DNA from: Ignavibacteriaceae bacterium
GTDB lineage: Bacteria; Bacteroidota; Ignavibacteria; Ignavibacteriales; Ignavibacteriaceae
Assembly (NCBI GenBank): GCA_036796535.1
Contig: DAIRCT010000005.1
Coordinates: 574-64,573 of the forward strand
Length of the DNA: 64,000 nt
Direction of reading: 5' to 3'
Shown here: piece by piece, positions 47,069 to 58,684 of the stretch
Position numbering within the stretch: position 1 is the stretch's first letter
Layout: the number at the start of each line of letters is the position of its first letter
Notes under the pieces: generated by a model
What the model saw: the letters and a program-made list of their open reading frames with translations, nothing else
What the model was told of the DNA's origin: nothing
Database searches by the model: none
Program-made: the position numbers and the translations under genes

Positions 47069-48186
47069 TATCTGTCAATCTCCCCTAAAACAATATCAAT
47101 ACTTCCGAGGATAGCAACAACATCGGCGACCATATAACCTTTACAAAGTTCATTCAAAACTTGTAATGAAACAAATGAAGGTGCCCTAACTTTTACTCGG
47201 TAAGGACTTGTTGAACCGTCACTTATAATAAAGTATCCTAATTCACCTTTAGGATTTTCAACTCGTCCGTAAACATGTCCAACAGGAGGTTTAATTCTTT
47301 TTGGAATAGCTGACGTTACATCACCTTCCGGAAGTTGATCTAATGCTTGTTCTATTATTCTGCAGCTTTGTTCCATTTCTAAAACGCGAACAAAATATCT
47401 ATCCCAGCTATCGCCAACCGAACCATTTCTGCCATCACCAACAGGAATATCAAAATCAAATTTATGATAAACAGAATATGGATCATCTTTTCTGATATCC
47501 CACTTCATGCCTGAAGCTCTTAAGTTTGGCCCGCTAACACCATAATTGATCGCCGTTTCAATTGGCAAAACTCCAACATTACCCGTTCTATCGATAAAAA
47601 TTTTATTATAGCTTAATAATTCATTAACCTCTTTTATCGTTGGTCTGAATTCCTTAATAAACTCACGGGTTTTTCTAACAAAATCCGGATGGATATCATG
47701 CGATAGACCACCAACCCATATGTAATTATATAAAAGTCTTGCACCGCAAGTGATTTCAAAAAGATTAAGAATCTTTTCACGATCCCTAAAGCAATATAGA
47801 AATGGAGTAAACGCACCGATATCGATACCATAAGTACCAATCGCAACAAGGTGAGAAGCTATCCTTTGAAGTTCAGCCATTATTACTCGGATGTAATCGA
47901 CTCTTTCAGGCACTTCAATTCCAAGCAATTTTTCCATAGCTACGGCGTAACCAAATTCATTAGCCATAGACGCAAGATAATCCATACGATCTGTATAAGG
48001 AACTACTTGTGGGTAAGTCATTGCTTCACAATGCTTTTCAAAACATCTGTGCAAGTATCCTATATGTGGGACAACCTTTGTAACTATTTCACCTTCAAGG
48101 GTAAGCTCAAGCCGCAGCACGCCGTGTGTTGACGGATGCTGAGGTCCCATATTCAAAATCATTTCTTCTGTTTTTACTGCTGCCAT
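47068..48186 (-). CDS. nuoD: NADH-quinone oxidoreductase subunit D
   Basis: 372 aa. [14 protein letters not shown] and C-terminal [14 protein letters not shown]. Confidence 0.92.
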   Translation of the reverse strand: MAAVKTEEMILNMGPQHPSTHGVLRLELTLEGEIVTKVVPHIGYLHRCFEKHCEAMTYPQVVPYTDRMDYLASMANEFGYAVAMEKLLGIEVPERVDYIRVIMAELQRIASHLVAIGTYGIDIGAFTPFLYCFRDREKILNLFEITCGARLLYNYIWVGGLSHDIHPDFVRKTREFIKEFRPTIKEVNELLSYNKIFIDRTGNVGVLPIETAINYGVSGPNLRASGMKWDIRKDDPYSVYHKFDFDIPVGDGRNGSVGDSWDRYFVRVLEMEQSCRIIEQALDQLPEGDVTSAIPKRIKPPVGHVYGRVENPKGELGYFIISDGSTSPYRVKVRAPSFVSLQVLNELCKGYMVADVVAILGSIDIVLGEIDR

Positions 48187-48198
48187 AGTTTTGGTGAA

Positions 48199-48687
48199 TT
48201 AGTATGGAACTTTCATTCCGTGATAAAATTCTGGATTTTCATAATCTTTTCTTAAAGGATATCCGGCTTCCCAATCGTAAGGCATAAGAATTCTTCTTAA
48301 GTCCGGATGATTAATAAAAATAATACCGAACATATCATAAGCTTCGCGTTCATGCCAATTAGCGCCTTGCCAAATTTCAACTACTGATGGAACTTCTGGA
48401 TTTTCACGTGATGTAGAAACTTTTAATAATATCTTATGTCTCAGGTTAGTTGATTCAAGATGGTAGTAAACACTTAATTTGTTTTCTTTAATTTCATCTA
48501 CTCCGGATAGATTGACAAGTGAATTAAATTGTAATTCATTTTCTGAACTTAAAAAATTACAAACTTTATCAATCTCCATTGCTTGAATTATTATAACGGG
48601 TTCAGTTGGCTGATCTGTTTTAAATTCAAGAATAGAATCCTGAAATTTATTTTTTAGTATTTGATAAATTTCTTCAGCGTTTTTCAT
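48199..48687 (-). CDS. nuoC: NADH-quinone oxidoreductase subunit C
   Basis: 162 aa. [17 protein letters not shown] motif. Confidence 0.9.
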   Translation of the reverse strand: MKNAEEIYQILKNKFQDSILEFKTDQPTEPVIIIQAMEIDKVCNFLSSENELQFNSLVNLSGVDEIKENKLSVYYHLESTNLRHKILLKVSTSRENPEVPSVVEIWQGANWHEREAYDMFGIIFINHPDLRRILMPYDWEAGYPLRKDYENPEFYHGMKVPY

Positions 48688-49175
48688 ACAGATTTTTTTA
48701 CCATACTTTCATTTCTAATCTTCTCCTGAAGTTTTAATAAACCTTCAAGCAGTGCTTCTGGTCTTGGAGGGCAGCCGGGCACATAAACATCAACGGGAAT
48801 AACTCTATCAACACCTTTTAATACATGGTAACCATGTTCCCAATATGGACCGCCGCAATTAGAACAACTTCCCATTGAAATTACATATTTAGGTTCTGGC
48901 ATTTGTTCATATAATCTTTTTATACGTGTTGCCATTTTAAGAGTAACTGTGCCTGAAATTATTATCACATCAGCTTGCCTGGGAGAAGGGCGTGGAATTA
49001 CACCGAAACGATCAAAATCATAGTGTGATGCAGATGTAGCCATCATTTCAATGGCGCAGCAAGCTAACCCGAAACTAACTTGCCATAAAGAAGATAACCT
49101 TGCCCAATTAAGTAAATCTTCAGTTGTTGTAATTACTATGTTACTATCAGAAAATTCTTTATCAAGTAAACCCAT
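48684..49175 (-). CDS. nuoB: NADH-quinone oxidoreductase subunit B
   Basis: 163 aa. [28 protein letters not shown] motifs. Confidence 0.93.
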   Translation of the reverse strand: MGLLDKEFSDSNIVITTTEDLLNWARLSSLWQVSFGLACCAIEMMATSASHYDFDRFGVIPRPSPRQADVIIISGTVTLKMATRIKRLYEQMPEPKYVISMGSCSNCGGPYWEHGYHVLKGVDRVIPVDVYVPGCPPRPEALLEGLLKLQEKIRNESMVKKSV

Positions 49176-49179
49176 TATT

Positions 49180-49611
49180 TCAAACCTTTGCCATCTCTTT
49201 GTTTACAACAGAAATATTTTCAGTTTTCTTAAGGACAGGCGGAGTAACTTTAGGTTTTTCCCATTCAAGATCACCTTTTCGCCATTCGTAAGCCATTCCG
49301 AGTCCTAAAAGAATCAAGAATATTGCACCAACAGAAAATCCTGCAAATCCAAAATTTTTATAAGCTAAAGCCCAGGGAATTAGAACAACAACTTCAACAT
49401 CAAATATCAAGAAGATAAGTGCTACCACATAGAATCTGATATTAAATTTAACCCAGGGAGATCCTTCAGGGTTTTCACCGCATTCATAGGTTTTAAGCTT
49501 CTCAGTGGTTGGACGAGCAGGGCGAATTAACTTTGCAAAGTATATGATAAATATAACAAAGAGAATTGCGATTAGGATAAAAATGAAAACTTTTCCGAAT
49601 TCTGTCAGCAT
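49180..49611 (-). CDS. nuoA: NADH-quinone oxidoreductase subunit A
   Basis: 143 aa. YECGENP motif. First gene of the cluster. Confidence 0.88.
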   Translation of the reverse strand: MLTEFGKVFIFILIAILFVIFIIYFAKLIRPARPTTEKLKTYECGENPEGSPWVKFNIRFYVVALIFLIFDVEVVVLIPWALAYKNFGFAGFSVGAIFLILLGLGMAYEWRKGDLEWEKPKVTPPVLKKTENISVVNKEMAKV

Positions 49612-49791
49612 TATTTTTCAAAAATTTTGAACCAAAATTAACATAGCTAAACTGGAATGTCAAGAATTTCTAAATAAAAACATTTTAAATAGTAATATGA
49701 TTGGATATTATTTAATTTTAAAAAGCAAAAAAAATTATTCCATATTCAATACTTATTTGTACAGATTGTCTAACAAATTTTTAAAAAGTTT

Positions 49792-50910
49792 ATGCGTCTA
49801 ACAAAAGCAGTAATTAATCTTAAAAATCTAAAACAGAATTATTTAAACATCAGAAAAAAAGTTTCAGGTTCAAAAGTAATGGCTGTTGTTAAAGCCGATG
49901 CTTATGGTCATAATGTAAAATTTGTTACAGATTTCTTGAACTCGTTGGGTAAACTAAAACCTGAGTATTATGCAGTTGCAACAGCTGATGAAGGAGTTGA
50001 ATTAAGAAGATTAGGAATTGATCAGCCAATTTTAATTTTTGATCCGATAGATAAATATCAAGTAGATAAATTTTTTAAGTATGATTTAATTCCTTCGGTT
50101 TTTACTTCGGATCATCTTAAAATTATTCTAAAAGAAAAAAAGAGAATTAAATCAAACAAGAAAGTTTTGGTTCACGTTAAGATTGATACAGGAATGAACC
50201 GATTAGGTGTTGATTATTATAACGCTGTGGAATTCATTCGTAATTTAAGTTTAAATAATAATTTTACCATTGATGGTATATTTACACACTTCGCAACCTC
50301 TGATGTTAAAGGAAGCAGTTTTACAAAACTTCAGATTAATAGATTTAATTCTGTTATTAAAACTCTTAAATCACTCAACATAAATTACGGATTAGCGCAC
50401 GCTGCAAATAGTGGTGCAATTATAGATTTTCCAGAAGCTTATTATGATATGGTGAGACCGGGAATTTCTTTATATGGATATTATCCTTCGCATCAAACAT
50501 CAGAATCTATTAAATTGTATCCCGTATTATCTTTAGTTTCTAAAGTTTCAACTGTTAAACAAATTCGTAAAGGTGATACTGTTAGTTACAGCAGAAGATT
50601 TAAAGCGAAAGAGAAAACAAAAATTATCTCTGTACCTTTGGGCTATGCTGATGGATTTCCAAGAGCTTTAACAAACAAATCAAAGGGAATTATAAAAGGG
50701 AAAATTTATAATCAGGTTGGAACTGTAACTATGGATAGGATTATGTTTGATGTGGGAAATGATAATATTTCAGTCGGCGATAAAATAATTCTTTTGGGAA
50801 GTTCAGGTAAAATAAAAATTGATGCGTGGGATTGGTCTGATATACTAGGCACAATCCCATATGAAATTACTTGCGGAATTAGTAAACGTGTTCCTAGAAC
50901 AATTAAATAA
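49792..50910 (+). CDS. alr: Alanine racemase
   Basis: 372 aa. PLP-lysine motif AVVKADAYGHN. C-terminal YEITCGISKRVPR. Confidence 0.9.
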   Translation: MRLTKAVINLKNLKQNYLNIRKKVSGSKVMAVVKADAYGHNVKFVTDFLNSLGKLKPEYYAVATADEGVELRRLGIDQPILIFDPIDKYQVDKFFKYDLIPSVFTSDHLKIILKEKKRIKSNKKVLVHVKIDTGMNRLGVDYYNAVEFIRNLSLNNNFTIDGIFTHFATSDVKGSSFTKLQINRFNSVIKTLKSLNINYGLAHAANSGAIIDFPEAYYDMVRPGISLYGYYPSHQTSESIKLYPVLSLVSKVSTVKQIRKGDTVSYSRRFKAKEKTKIISVPLGYADGFPRALTNKSKGIIKGKIYNQVGTVTMDRIMFDVGNDNISVGDKIILLGSSGKIKIDAWDWSDILGTIPYEITCGISKRVPRTIK

Positions 50911-50912
50911 TT

Positions 50913-51779
50913 ATGGATTTAGTAAAACAATATATTAATCAAAGTATCACAATTGCTGCTAACAATCTAAGATTAAACAATCAGCAGATTGAAGTTGTTG
51001 CGTTATTAAAAGAAGCAATAAATAAATCGGAAAATCTTAGCGATGACTTGATTAACATGAAGAAGATTACGGAATTATCACTACTCGCAATCCGACTTAA
51101 TGAGATATATAATTTTCTGACTCAAACTCCAATTGATTTATTAAAAGTATCAGATCAATTTAAAGAACATAGCAGGCAGTTAATTAAAGATCTTGGGCAC
51201 ATGCTTGATATAAGCACTCCGGCTTCATTTAAGATAGCCATTGATAAATTAAAAACGGGTCTAAGTTTTACTAAAGAAGAAATCAAAGTTGATCTTTCGA
51301 AAAGAATTCCTGAAGATGAACCTTTCATTAAGAGTGATACAGAAAGGATTAAAGAAAAAATTATTCTTGAGGATGAAAAGGATGATATTGATGATGATGA
51401 GTTAATCCAAAAATTTGAATCAACTATAATTAACCCAATCAAACCATTAGATAATCTTTTTAAAAAATTATCAACTGAAGAAGTTGATTATGAAGAGCTG
51501 ATTAGATTTGCAAAAATTATGAAAACAAATGGTGAACTTTCAAGAAGGATTGGATTTGAAATTTTATCTAATATGCACTCCATTATTTCCAAAGCACTTT
51601 TACTTATAAGAAACAGGGATTTAATGCCCGGCAAAGAGGTTATTGAAAGTCTCCGGGCTTGTCTTATTGTAATTGTTGCTGTGGTAAGAGGTAAAGAAGT
51701 TGATATAAGTAATTATCTAAATAAAGCAGAAGATTTTGGTAATAAATTAGCAACCATCAAATTAAAGGAAATAGATTAA
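50913..51779 (+). CDS. Hypothetical protein (acidic, predicted helical), translationally coupled to both neighbours
   Basis: 288 aa. Starts 2 nt after the alr stop, and its stop overlaps the next ATG (TAATG). No recognisable motif. Confidence 0.5.
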   Translation: MDLVKQYINQSITIAANNLRLNNQQIEVVALLKEAINKSENLSDDLINMKKITELSLLAIRLNEIYNFLTQTPIDLLKVSDQFKEHSRQLIKDLGHMLDISTPASFKIAIDKLKTGLSFTKEEIKVDLSKRIPEDEPFIKSDTERIKEKIILEDEKDDIDDDELIQKFESTIINPIKPLDNLFKKLSTEEVDYEELIRFAKIMKTNGELSRRIGFEILSNMHSIISKALLLIRNRDLMPGKEVIESLRACLIVIVAVVRGKEVDISNYLNKAEDFGNKLATIKLKEID

Positions 51780-52846
51780 TGAAATTATACGCTGTTATAA
51801 TGGCAGGAGGTGTGGGTTCACGCTTTTGGCCACGAAGCAAAAAAAAATTGCCTAAACAGTTGATTAAAATTTTTGGCGACATGACGATGATTCAAGCCAC
51901 AGTTGATAGATTATCAGGATTAGTTGATAATGAAAATATTTATATAATAACCAATGAACTCCAGCGACCTGAAGTAATTAAACAATTAAATAATGTTCCA
52001 GTTGAAAACATAATTGAAGAACCTTTCGGAAGAAATACTGCTGCTTGTATTGGATTAGCATCAGTTATTATTAAAGCTAAAGATTCTGAAGCTGTAACTA
52101 TTGTTTTACCTGCCGACCATATTATAAGAGAGAAAGATAAATTTTTAGATACTATAAAAAATGCTGCCCAGTTTGCATACGACTCGAAAGGGTTAGTAAC
52201 TATCGGTATAAATCCAACACGACCTGAAACTGGTTATGGTTACATTCAGATTGATGATAAAGAAGTTTCAAAAAATATTTTTAAAGTTTACACATTTGCT
52301 GAAAAACCAAATTATGCAACTGCACTGCGATTTCTTGAAAGTGGTGATTTTTTCTGGAACAGTGGCTTGTTTATCTGGCGTGTTGATGTAATTCTTGATG
52401 AAATTAAAAACTTAATGCCCGATTTATACGAAGGATTAATTAAAATTCAGGATTCTCTTACTCAACCAAATTTTAAGCAGGAGCTTAAAAATGTTTATGG
52501 TCAGTTAAAAAAAGTTTCAATCGATTACGGTATAATGGAAAAATCATCTAAAGTTTTTCTAACCAAAGGCATGTTTACCTGGAGTGATGTAGGCAGTTGG
52601 GAAGAGGTTTATCAATTATCTGAAAAGAATAATGAAGGCAATGCTATTATTGGAAAAGTTTTTACTGATATGGTTGTTGATTCATATATTTATTCGCCGG
52701 ATAAAATGACAGCAGTTATCGGATTGGATAATATTATTGTGATAAATCATGATGATACAGTTTTGGTATGCAGAAGAGATAAAGCACAAAACGTTAAAGA
52801 GGTTGTTGATTTTCTTAAAATGAATAAGATGGAAGACTATCTTTAA
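51779..52846 (+). CDS. Mannose-1-phosphate guanylyltransferase-like nucleotidyltransferase
   Basis: 355 aa. N-terminal AVIMAGGVGSRFWPRSKKKLPKQL, GYGYIQ, VSIDYGIMEK. Confidence 0.85.
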   Translation: MKLYAVIMAGGVGSRFWPRSKKKLPKQLIKIFGDMTMIQATVDRLSGLVDNENIYIITNELQRPEVIKQLNNVPVENIIEEPFGRNTAACIGLASVIIKAKDSEAVTIVLPADHIIREKDKFLDTIKNAAQFAYDSKGLVTIGINPTRPETGYGYIQIDDKEVSKNIFKVYTFAEKPNYATALRFLESGDFFWNSGLFIWRVDVILDEIKNLMPDLYEGLIKIQDSLTQPNFKQELKNVYGQLKKVSIDYGIMEKSSKVFLTKGMFTWSDVGSWEEVYQLSEKNNEGNAIIGKVFTDMVVDSYIYSPDKMTAVIGLDNIIVINHDDTVLVCRRDKAQNVKEVVDFLKMNKMEDYL

Positions 52847-52979
52847 TCAAGTAAATTTTAGTTCGGAAATTATTTATTAACATTTTATTTTTGTGAGGCA
52901 GTTATTGACTCAAAATTTAATCAACCTGCCTTAGTTCATCTATGAATCAATTCTCAGAAAACCTAAAAAGGGATTCAAT

Positions 52980-53741
52980 TTGTTTATTATAAATTCTCCC
53001 GTAGTAGAAACTAAACAAGTTCATAAGAATATTTTTATACAAAAAATTTATTCTCCGGAAATTGCAAGTGTTATAAAACCTGGTCAATTTCTGAATATAC
53101 GAGTTTCTGAAAATGTTTTTCCTCTGCTGCGCAGACCTTTTAGCATTTGTGATGTTGAAGGGGATAATATTTATTTAATGTTTAATATAATGGGAGAAGG
53201 AACTAAAATTCTTGCTCATAAAAACGAAGGTGGTTTAGTTGATATTCTTGGTCCTTTAGGTAATGGATTTAATTTGGATGGTAATTATCAAAATGCTTTA
53301 ATTGTTGCTGGCGGATTAGGATCGGCTCCTTTTCCATTTGTTACCAGATATCTGAAGGATAAAAAAAATATATTAAGCTTTGTTGGCGGTAGAACAGAAG
53401 ATGATGTGATTACTTATGGTATGCAAAATGTTTTAACCTCTACAGATAATGGATCAGTTGGATTTAAAGGAAATGTTGTTCAACTTCTCGAAGAAAACAT
53501 TAATAAAATAAATATTGCCTCGTCCAAAGTATTTGCGTGTGGACCAAATATAATGCTGCGAGCTTTAAAAGAATTCTGCATTAATAATAATTTAGATTGT
53601 GAAGTATCTACAGAATCCGCTATGGCTTGTGGATTTGGTATTTGTCAGGGTTGCCCGATTGAATCAACATCACAAAAAGATAAGTATCTCTTAGTTTGTA
53701 AAGACGGTCCTGTATTTAATGTTAAGGATGTGGTTATATGA
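52980..53741 (+). CDS. pyrK: Dihydroorotate dehydrogenase (class 1B) electron-transfer subunit
   Basis: 253 aa. RRPFSI FAD motif. C-terminal 2Fe-2S ligands CGFGICQGCP...CKDGPVF. TTG start. Overlaps pyrD by 4 nt. Confidence 0.88.
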   Translation: MFIINSPVVETKQVHKNIFIQKIYSPEIASVIKPGQFLNIRVSENVFPLLRRPFSICDVEGDNIYLMFNIMGEGTKILAHKNEGGLVDILGPLGNGFNLDGNYQNALIVAGGLGSAPFPFVTRYLKDKKNILSFVGGRTEDDVITYGMQNVLTSTDNGSVGFKGNVVQLLEENINKINIASSKVFACGPNIMLRALKEFCINNNLDCEVSTESAMACGFGICQGCPIESTSQKDKYLLVCKDGPVFNVKDVVI

Positions 53742-54655
53742 GCTATATAGATTTATCAGTTAACATTGGCTCATTAAGACTTCGTAATCCAATAATGCTT
53801 GCGTCTGGTACTGTTGGATATGGTAATGAAATATCAGAATTTTCAAATCTTAATAAACTTGGAGCAATAGTTACAAAATCTTTAAGTTTAAAACCAAGAA
53901 AAGGAAATCCACCGCAACGAATTGTTGAAACACCTGCAGGAATGCTTAATGCAATTGGGCTTGCAAATGTTGGTGTGGAAGAATTTATAAAAGAAAAAAT
54001 TCCTTTTCTAAAAAAGTTCGATGTTCCTTTGATTTGTAATATTGCTGCCAGCAGCGTTGAAGAATATGTAGAGTGCACAAAAATTCTGAACGAAGAAGAA
54101 ACTATTAAAGCTTTTGAAATAAATGTTTCTTGCCCAAATGTTAAAGATGGTGGATTGCAATTTGGTAATAATTTATCAGCCGTTGGTAATGTTACTTCTA
54201 AAGTAAGAGCAGTTACAAATAAACCTTTAATAATTAAATTATCGCCAAATGTTTCTTACATCTCCGAGTTTGCTAAAATTGTAAAAGACGAAGGCGGTGA
54301 TGCTGTTTCAGCTATCAATACATTAGTTGGTACAGCATTTAACATCTTTACAAGAAAGCCAAAAATATTTAATATTAACGGCGGACTTTCGGGTCCTGCG
54401 ATAAAACCAGTTGCTCTGGCAAAAGTTCTGGAGATTTCAAGAAACGTTAATATCCCTATAATTGGTATTGGTGGAATAATGAATTGGAAAGATGTAATTG
54501 AGTTTATGATTGTTGGTGCATCTGCAGTGCAAATTGGCACACTTAATTTTATTGATCCATCTGCACCTGAAAGAATGATTAAAGAACTTGAAGATTACTG
54601 CTTAACGGTTGGAATAGAAAAACTTTCGAATATTACAGCATCTTATATAATCTAA
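53738..54655 (+). CDS. pyrD: Dihydroorotate dehydrogenase (class 1B) catalytic subunit
   Basis: 305 aa. NPIMLASGT, EINVSCPNV, GGLSGPAIKP, IGIGGI motifs. Confidence 0.93.
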   Translation: MSYIDLSVNIGSLRLRNPIMLASGTVGYGNEISEFSNLNKLGAIVTKSLSLKPRKGNPPQRIVETPAGMLNAIGLANVGVEEFIKEKIPFLKKFDVPLICNIAASSVEEYVECTKILNEEETIKAFEINVSCPNVKDGGLQFGNNLSAVGNVTSKVRAVTNKPLIIKLSPNVSYISEFAKIVKDEGGDAVSAINTLVGTAFNIFTRKPKIFNINGGLSGPAIKPVALAKVLEISRNVNIPIIGIGGIMNWKDVIEFMIVGASAVQIGTLNFIDPSAPERMIKELEDYCLTVGIEKLSNITASYII

Positions 54656-54656
54656 A

Positions 54657-55919
54657 ATGGATATACAGGAATCATTAAATAAACTTTTTGCACTTCATAC
54701 TTTTGGTGTTAAATTAGGATTAGATAATATCACTAACTTCCTAAATCACATTGGTGATCCTCAGAAAAAATTAAAAACTCTTCACATTGCCGGATCAAAT
54801 GGAAAGGGAAGTACGGCATCATTTATTGCAAGCATTCTTATCGAAAGTGGTTATAAAGTCGGGTTATATACTTCACCGCATTTTGTTAGATTTAATGAAA
54901 GAATAATGATTAATGGAAAATATATCACTGATGATTTTGTGGCTGAGTTTATAAATAAGCATTCAAATTGGATTGATCAGCATCAACTTACATTTTTTGA
55001 AGTTACTACCGCAATGGCTTTCGAATATTTCAAACAATTAGAAGTTGATTACGCAGTTATTGAAACCGGACTGGGCGGAAGATTAGACGCAACAAATGTT
55101 ATAAATCCACTTGCTTGCGTAATTACCTCTATCAGTCTTGAGCACACAAATATTCTTGGGAATAAGATTGAAGAGATAGCGTTTGAAAAAGCTGAAATCA
55201 TTAAACACGGTGCAAAAACATTTATCGGTTTACTGCCGGAAACTGCAATTAAAGTAATTGAAAAAAAATGTCTTGAGGTTAAATCTGAGCTATTTTGTTT
55301 GGAAGAATATATTATTGAAAAGAATGATCATGTAGAACTTTACACAGAAGAACTTGAATTTGATAATTGGGAGGTTCCGTTAAGAGGTAAATATCAAAAG
55401 TATAACGCTGCTTTAGCTTCTTTAACGGTTGCAAAAACTTTTGATATTGATGATCCTTCAATTATCACAAAGGGTATTAAAAACGTAATTAAGAATACAC
55501 ACCTTCAGGGCAGATATGAAACAGTTAGAACAAGTCCCAAAATCATTCTTGATTCCGCTCATAATCCTGAAGGAATAAAATGTTTTATTGAGGAGTTCCA
55601 TAAAGAAAGACATAGTTACAATAAATCATTATTACTTTTCGGGGTAATGAAGGATAAAAATATTGAAGAGATGCTTTTTTTATTGGAAGATGATTTTGAT
55701 GAGATCTATTTTACAGAAGTGTCAAATGAGCGATCAGCTTCTATGAACCTTCTTAAAGAAAATGCAAATAAAGCAAATATGAAATTTTCTGAAGTAAAGG
55801 ATATTGAGAAATTTTTAAGAAACTTTATTTCAGGGGAAAAGAATGATTGTCTTGTTATTACAGGAAGTATGTATTTACTTGGGGAAGTAAAATTAATTTT
55901 ATCACAAATTGAATCTTGA
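54657..55919 (+). CDS. folC: Bifunctional folylpolyglutamate synthase/dihydrofolate synthase
   Basis: 420 aa. P-loop HIAGSNGKGST, ETGLGGRLDATNV, LDSAHNPEG. Confidence 0.9.
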   Translation: MDIQESLNKLFALHTFGVKLGLDNITNFLNHIGDPQKKLKTLHIAGSNGKGSTASFIASILIESGYKVGLYTSPHFVRFNERIMINGKYITDDFVAEFINKHSNWIDQHQLTFFEVTTAMAFEYFKQLEVDYAVIETGLGGRLDATNVINPLACVITSISLEHTNILGNKIEEIAFEKAEIIKHGAKTFIGLLPETAIKVIEKKCLEVKSELFCLEEYIIEKNDHVELYTEELEFDNWEVPLRGKYQKYNAALASLTVAKTFDIDDPSIITKGIKNVIKNTHLQGRYETVRTSPKIILDSAHNPEGIKCFIEEFHKERHSYNKSLLLFGVMKDKNIEEMLFLLEDDFDEIYFTEVSNERSASMNLLKENANKANMKFSEVKDIEKFLRNFISGEKNDCLVITGSMYLLGEVKLILSQIES

Positions 55920-56063
55920 CAATTTTATTGCTATGATGTAAGTTTGGTTAAGACTTCGAATTCATTTCATAAAAAATTAGAGTACCCCGAGATCTTATCA
56001 GGTTTTAACCATTTTGAAAAGTATTATTCACAAAATTTAAATTAACAAATTATAGGTCCTAAA

Positions 56064-57317
56064 ATGCCCATGGATATTTCTGAACTCAAATCGAAGAAGA
56101 TTGTTGAACTTAATGATATTGCAAAAGATCTGAACATTGCTGGTTACAGTGATCTTAGAAAACAGGAGCTAATCTTCAAGATATTAGAAGCTCAGACTGC
56201 TAAAGATGGTCTAACATTTTCTAAAGGAGTGTTAGAAGTTTTACCCGATGGATATGGTTTTCTGCGTTCGGCTGATTACAATTACCTGCCATCACCCGAT
56301 GATATTTACGTTTCACCATCACAAATAAAAAAATTCAGTTTAAGAACAGGTGATTTTGTTAGCGGGCAGGTAAGACCGCCAAAAGAAGGTGAACGGTTTT
56401 TCGCATTGCTGAGAGTTGAAGCAGTTAATAATCTTCCGCCGGAAAATATTAGAGAGAGAACTTTATTTGATAACCTAACGCCTGTTTACCCGACTAAAAA
56501 AATTACATTAGAATCTGTGCCGGGTGAATATTCGATGAGAATAATGGATATGCTTGCCCCGATTGGTAAAGGGCAAAGAGGTTTAATAGTATCACCACCT
56601 AAAAGCGGAAAAACAGTTCTGCTTCAAAAAATAGCTAACTCTATCACAAGAAATCATCCCGAAGTAAAATTACTTATCTTATTAATTGATGAACGACCCG
56701 AAGAAGTAACTGATATGGAAAGATCCGTTAAAGCAGAAGTAATTAGTTCTACTTTTGATGAACCGGCTGATAGACATGTTCAGGTTGCTGATATGGTTAT
56801 TGAAAAAGCAAAAAGACTTGTAGAAGCCAAAGAGGATGTTGTTATTCTTTTAGATAGTATTACAAGATTGGCACGTGCACATAATATTGTTGTTCCGCAT
56901 AGTGGAAGAATTTTATCAGGCGGTGTCGATTCAAATGCACTTCACAAACCAAAGAGATTTTTTGGTGCTGCAAGAAATACTGAAGATGGCGGAAGTCTTA
57001 CCATCATTGCAACTGCTCTTATTGATACAGGCAGTCGTATGGATGATGTTATCTTCGAGGAATTTAAAGGTACTGGAAATATGGAGCTTGTGCTTAATAG
57101 AGATCTTAGTGATCGAAGAATTTTCCCGGCTATTGATGTTAATCGCTCCGGTACACGTAGAGAAGATTTGCTGATGAAAGAAGAAGATCTTGCTAAAGTG
57201 TGGATACTAAGAAAAATACTAAGTGATTTTAATTCTGTTGAAGCAATGGAATTTTTATTGGATAAAATCAGAGGGACAAAAAACAACAAAGAATTCCTCA
57301 ATAACATGAATAACTAA
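56064..57317 (+). CDS. rho: Transcription termination factor Rho
   Basis: 417 aa. Rho N-terminal and CSD-like region ([15 protein letters not shown]). Walker [44 protein letters not shown]. Confidence 0.97.
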   Translation: MPMDISELKSKKIVELNDIAKDLNIAGYSDLRKQELIFKILEAQTAKDGLTFSKGVLEVLPDGYGFLRSADYNYLPSPDDIYVSPSQIKKFSLRTGDFVSGQVRPPKEGERFFALLRVEAVNNLPPENIRERTLFDNLTPVYPTKKITLESVPGEYSMRIMDMLAPIGKGQRGLIVSPPKSGKTVLLQKIANSITRNHPEVKLLILLIDERPEEVTDMERSVKAEVISSTFDEPADRHVQVADMVIEKAKRLVEAKEDVVILLDSITRLARAHNIVVPHSGRILSGGVDSNALHKPKRFFGAARNTEDGGSLTIIATALIDTGSRMDDVIFEEFKGTGNMELVLNRDLSDRRIFPAIDVNRSGTRREDLLMKEEDLAKVWILRKILSDFNSVEAMEFLLDKIRGTKNNKEFLNNMNN

Positions 57318-57403
57318 ATTCCAATCGCTGCTTTTAGGGGTTTTAAAGGATGTTTAATTAAGTTGAATTTAATCTTGCTTATTAACAGATTGAAAATAAA
57401 AAA

Positions 57404-58684
57404 TTGAAGAAAATAATTTTTTATTCGCTACTATTAGCATCCCAGCTATTAGCTCAACAGCGTGAATTTCGTATTAACCGTGATTTAATTCAAGCCGGAA
57501 ATTTTTTTAATTCCGAATTACATTATTTCCCAACCACAGATGGGTTTAATGTTTACTACATTTATAAAATCCCTTACTCGCAGCTTTTTTTCGAAAAGGT
57601 TGACGATGAATTTTCCTCGGGCTTGATAATAAACATTGAAATTCGGGATTCAGTCGATAATGTTATCAAACGAGCTTTTGATGAGAAAAATATTTCAGTA
57701 AAAGATTTTGATGTTACTAATTCCAGATCAATTTATTTACAAGGATTTATTAACATTAAACTTAATCAGGGGAAATATAAATTATCCGCTATCATTTCCG
57801 AAAAAACATCCAGACGAGAAAGAAAACTTCCCCCAAAAGAATTTACATTATCCAACTCTGAGAAGATCTTTGATCCCATTTTATTAGAACCAAATACAAT
57901 ATTATGTGAAGGAGTAGATTCATATATTCTTTCAAATAATTCATCTTCTATTCCTTTTAATATGCCTGAAGATATTTTGGCAGTGCCTGTTAGTGATTCA
58001 ACAATTAATTCTTTAACAATTAATGTTAAACGAGGCGATACTACTATCTTATCTAATAAAGCAAATACACAATTAATTATTTGTAATCCTGTCTTCAATG
58101 TTTGTGACGGCAAAATAACAATTAGTACGACTAAGGAATCACCGGATATTAAATATTTTTTGTTTAGTAATTTTTCTTCCGAACTAACCGAAGGTCCTAT
58201 CAATCTGGAAATAATTCCTGACAAAAACATCAGCAAAAAGAAAACATTTAATCTTGATGTTATATGGATAGGCAAACCTTTTTCATTAAGAGATCCTGAG
58301 GGTGCGATTAAGTATCTCAAAATAATTGAAACTGATGATAAGGTTTCAGAGTTATTAAAAAAAGATGATCTTCAAAAAGCGCTTTATGATTATTGGCAGA
58401 AAAATGATCCAACTCCAAATACAAAATACAACGAATTGATGAATGAATTTTATCAACGTATTGATTATGCAGATAAACACTTTCAAACGATTAGCGGAAA
58501 TGATGGATTAAAAACAGATCGTGGTAAAACTTATATCAAATATGGGCAACCGGATAAAATAGAACGTGATACAAATAATGATGATCACGTTGTTGAAAGC
58601 TGGTACTATAATAATCCGAAAAGAACTTTTGTATTTATAGATATTGATGGTACGGGTAAATTTAATCTGGCTAATCAAAAATGA
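57404..58684 (+). CDS. GWxTD-domain secreted protein of unknown function
   Basis: 426 aa, TTG start, signal peptide ends LLAQQ. C-terminal GLKTDRGKTYIKYGQPD...WYY pattern. Confidence 0.7.
   Translation: MKKIIFYSLLLASQLLAQQREFRINRDLIQAGNFFNSELHYFPTTDGFNVYYIYKIPYSQLFFEKVDDEFSSGLIINIEIRDSVDNVIKRAFDEKNISVKDFDVTNSRSIYLQGFINIKLNQGKYKLSAIISEKTSRRERKLPPKEFTLSNSEKIFDPILLEPNTILCEGVDSYILSNNSSSIPFNMPEDILAVPVSDSTINSLTINVKRGDTTILSNKANTQLIICNPVFNVCDGKITISTTKESPDIKYFLFSNFSSELTEGPINLEIIPDKNISKKKTFNLDVIWIGKPFSLRDPEGAIKYLKIIETDDKVSELLKKDDLQKALYDYWQKNDPTPNTKYNELMNEFYQRIDYADKHFQTISGNDGLKTDRGKTYIKYGQPDKIERDTNNDDHVVESWYYNNPKRTFVFIDIDGTGKFNLANQK

Noticed and set aside
57766-58320. 184-aa minus-strand ORF. The same applies to 56942..57307 and 56875..57174 within rho.
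   Set aside because: They are antisense or out of frame within the GWxTD-protein and rho genes, with no motifs.
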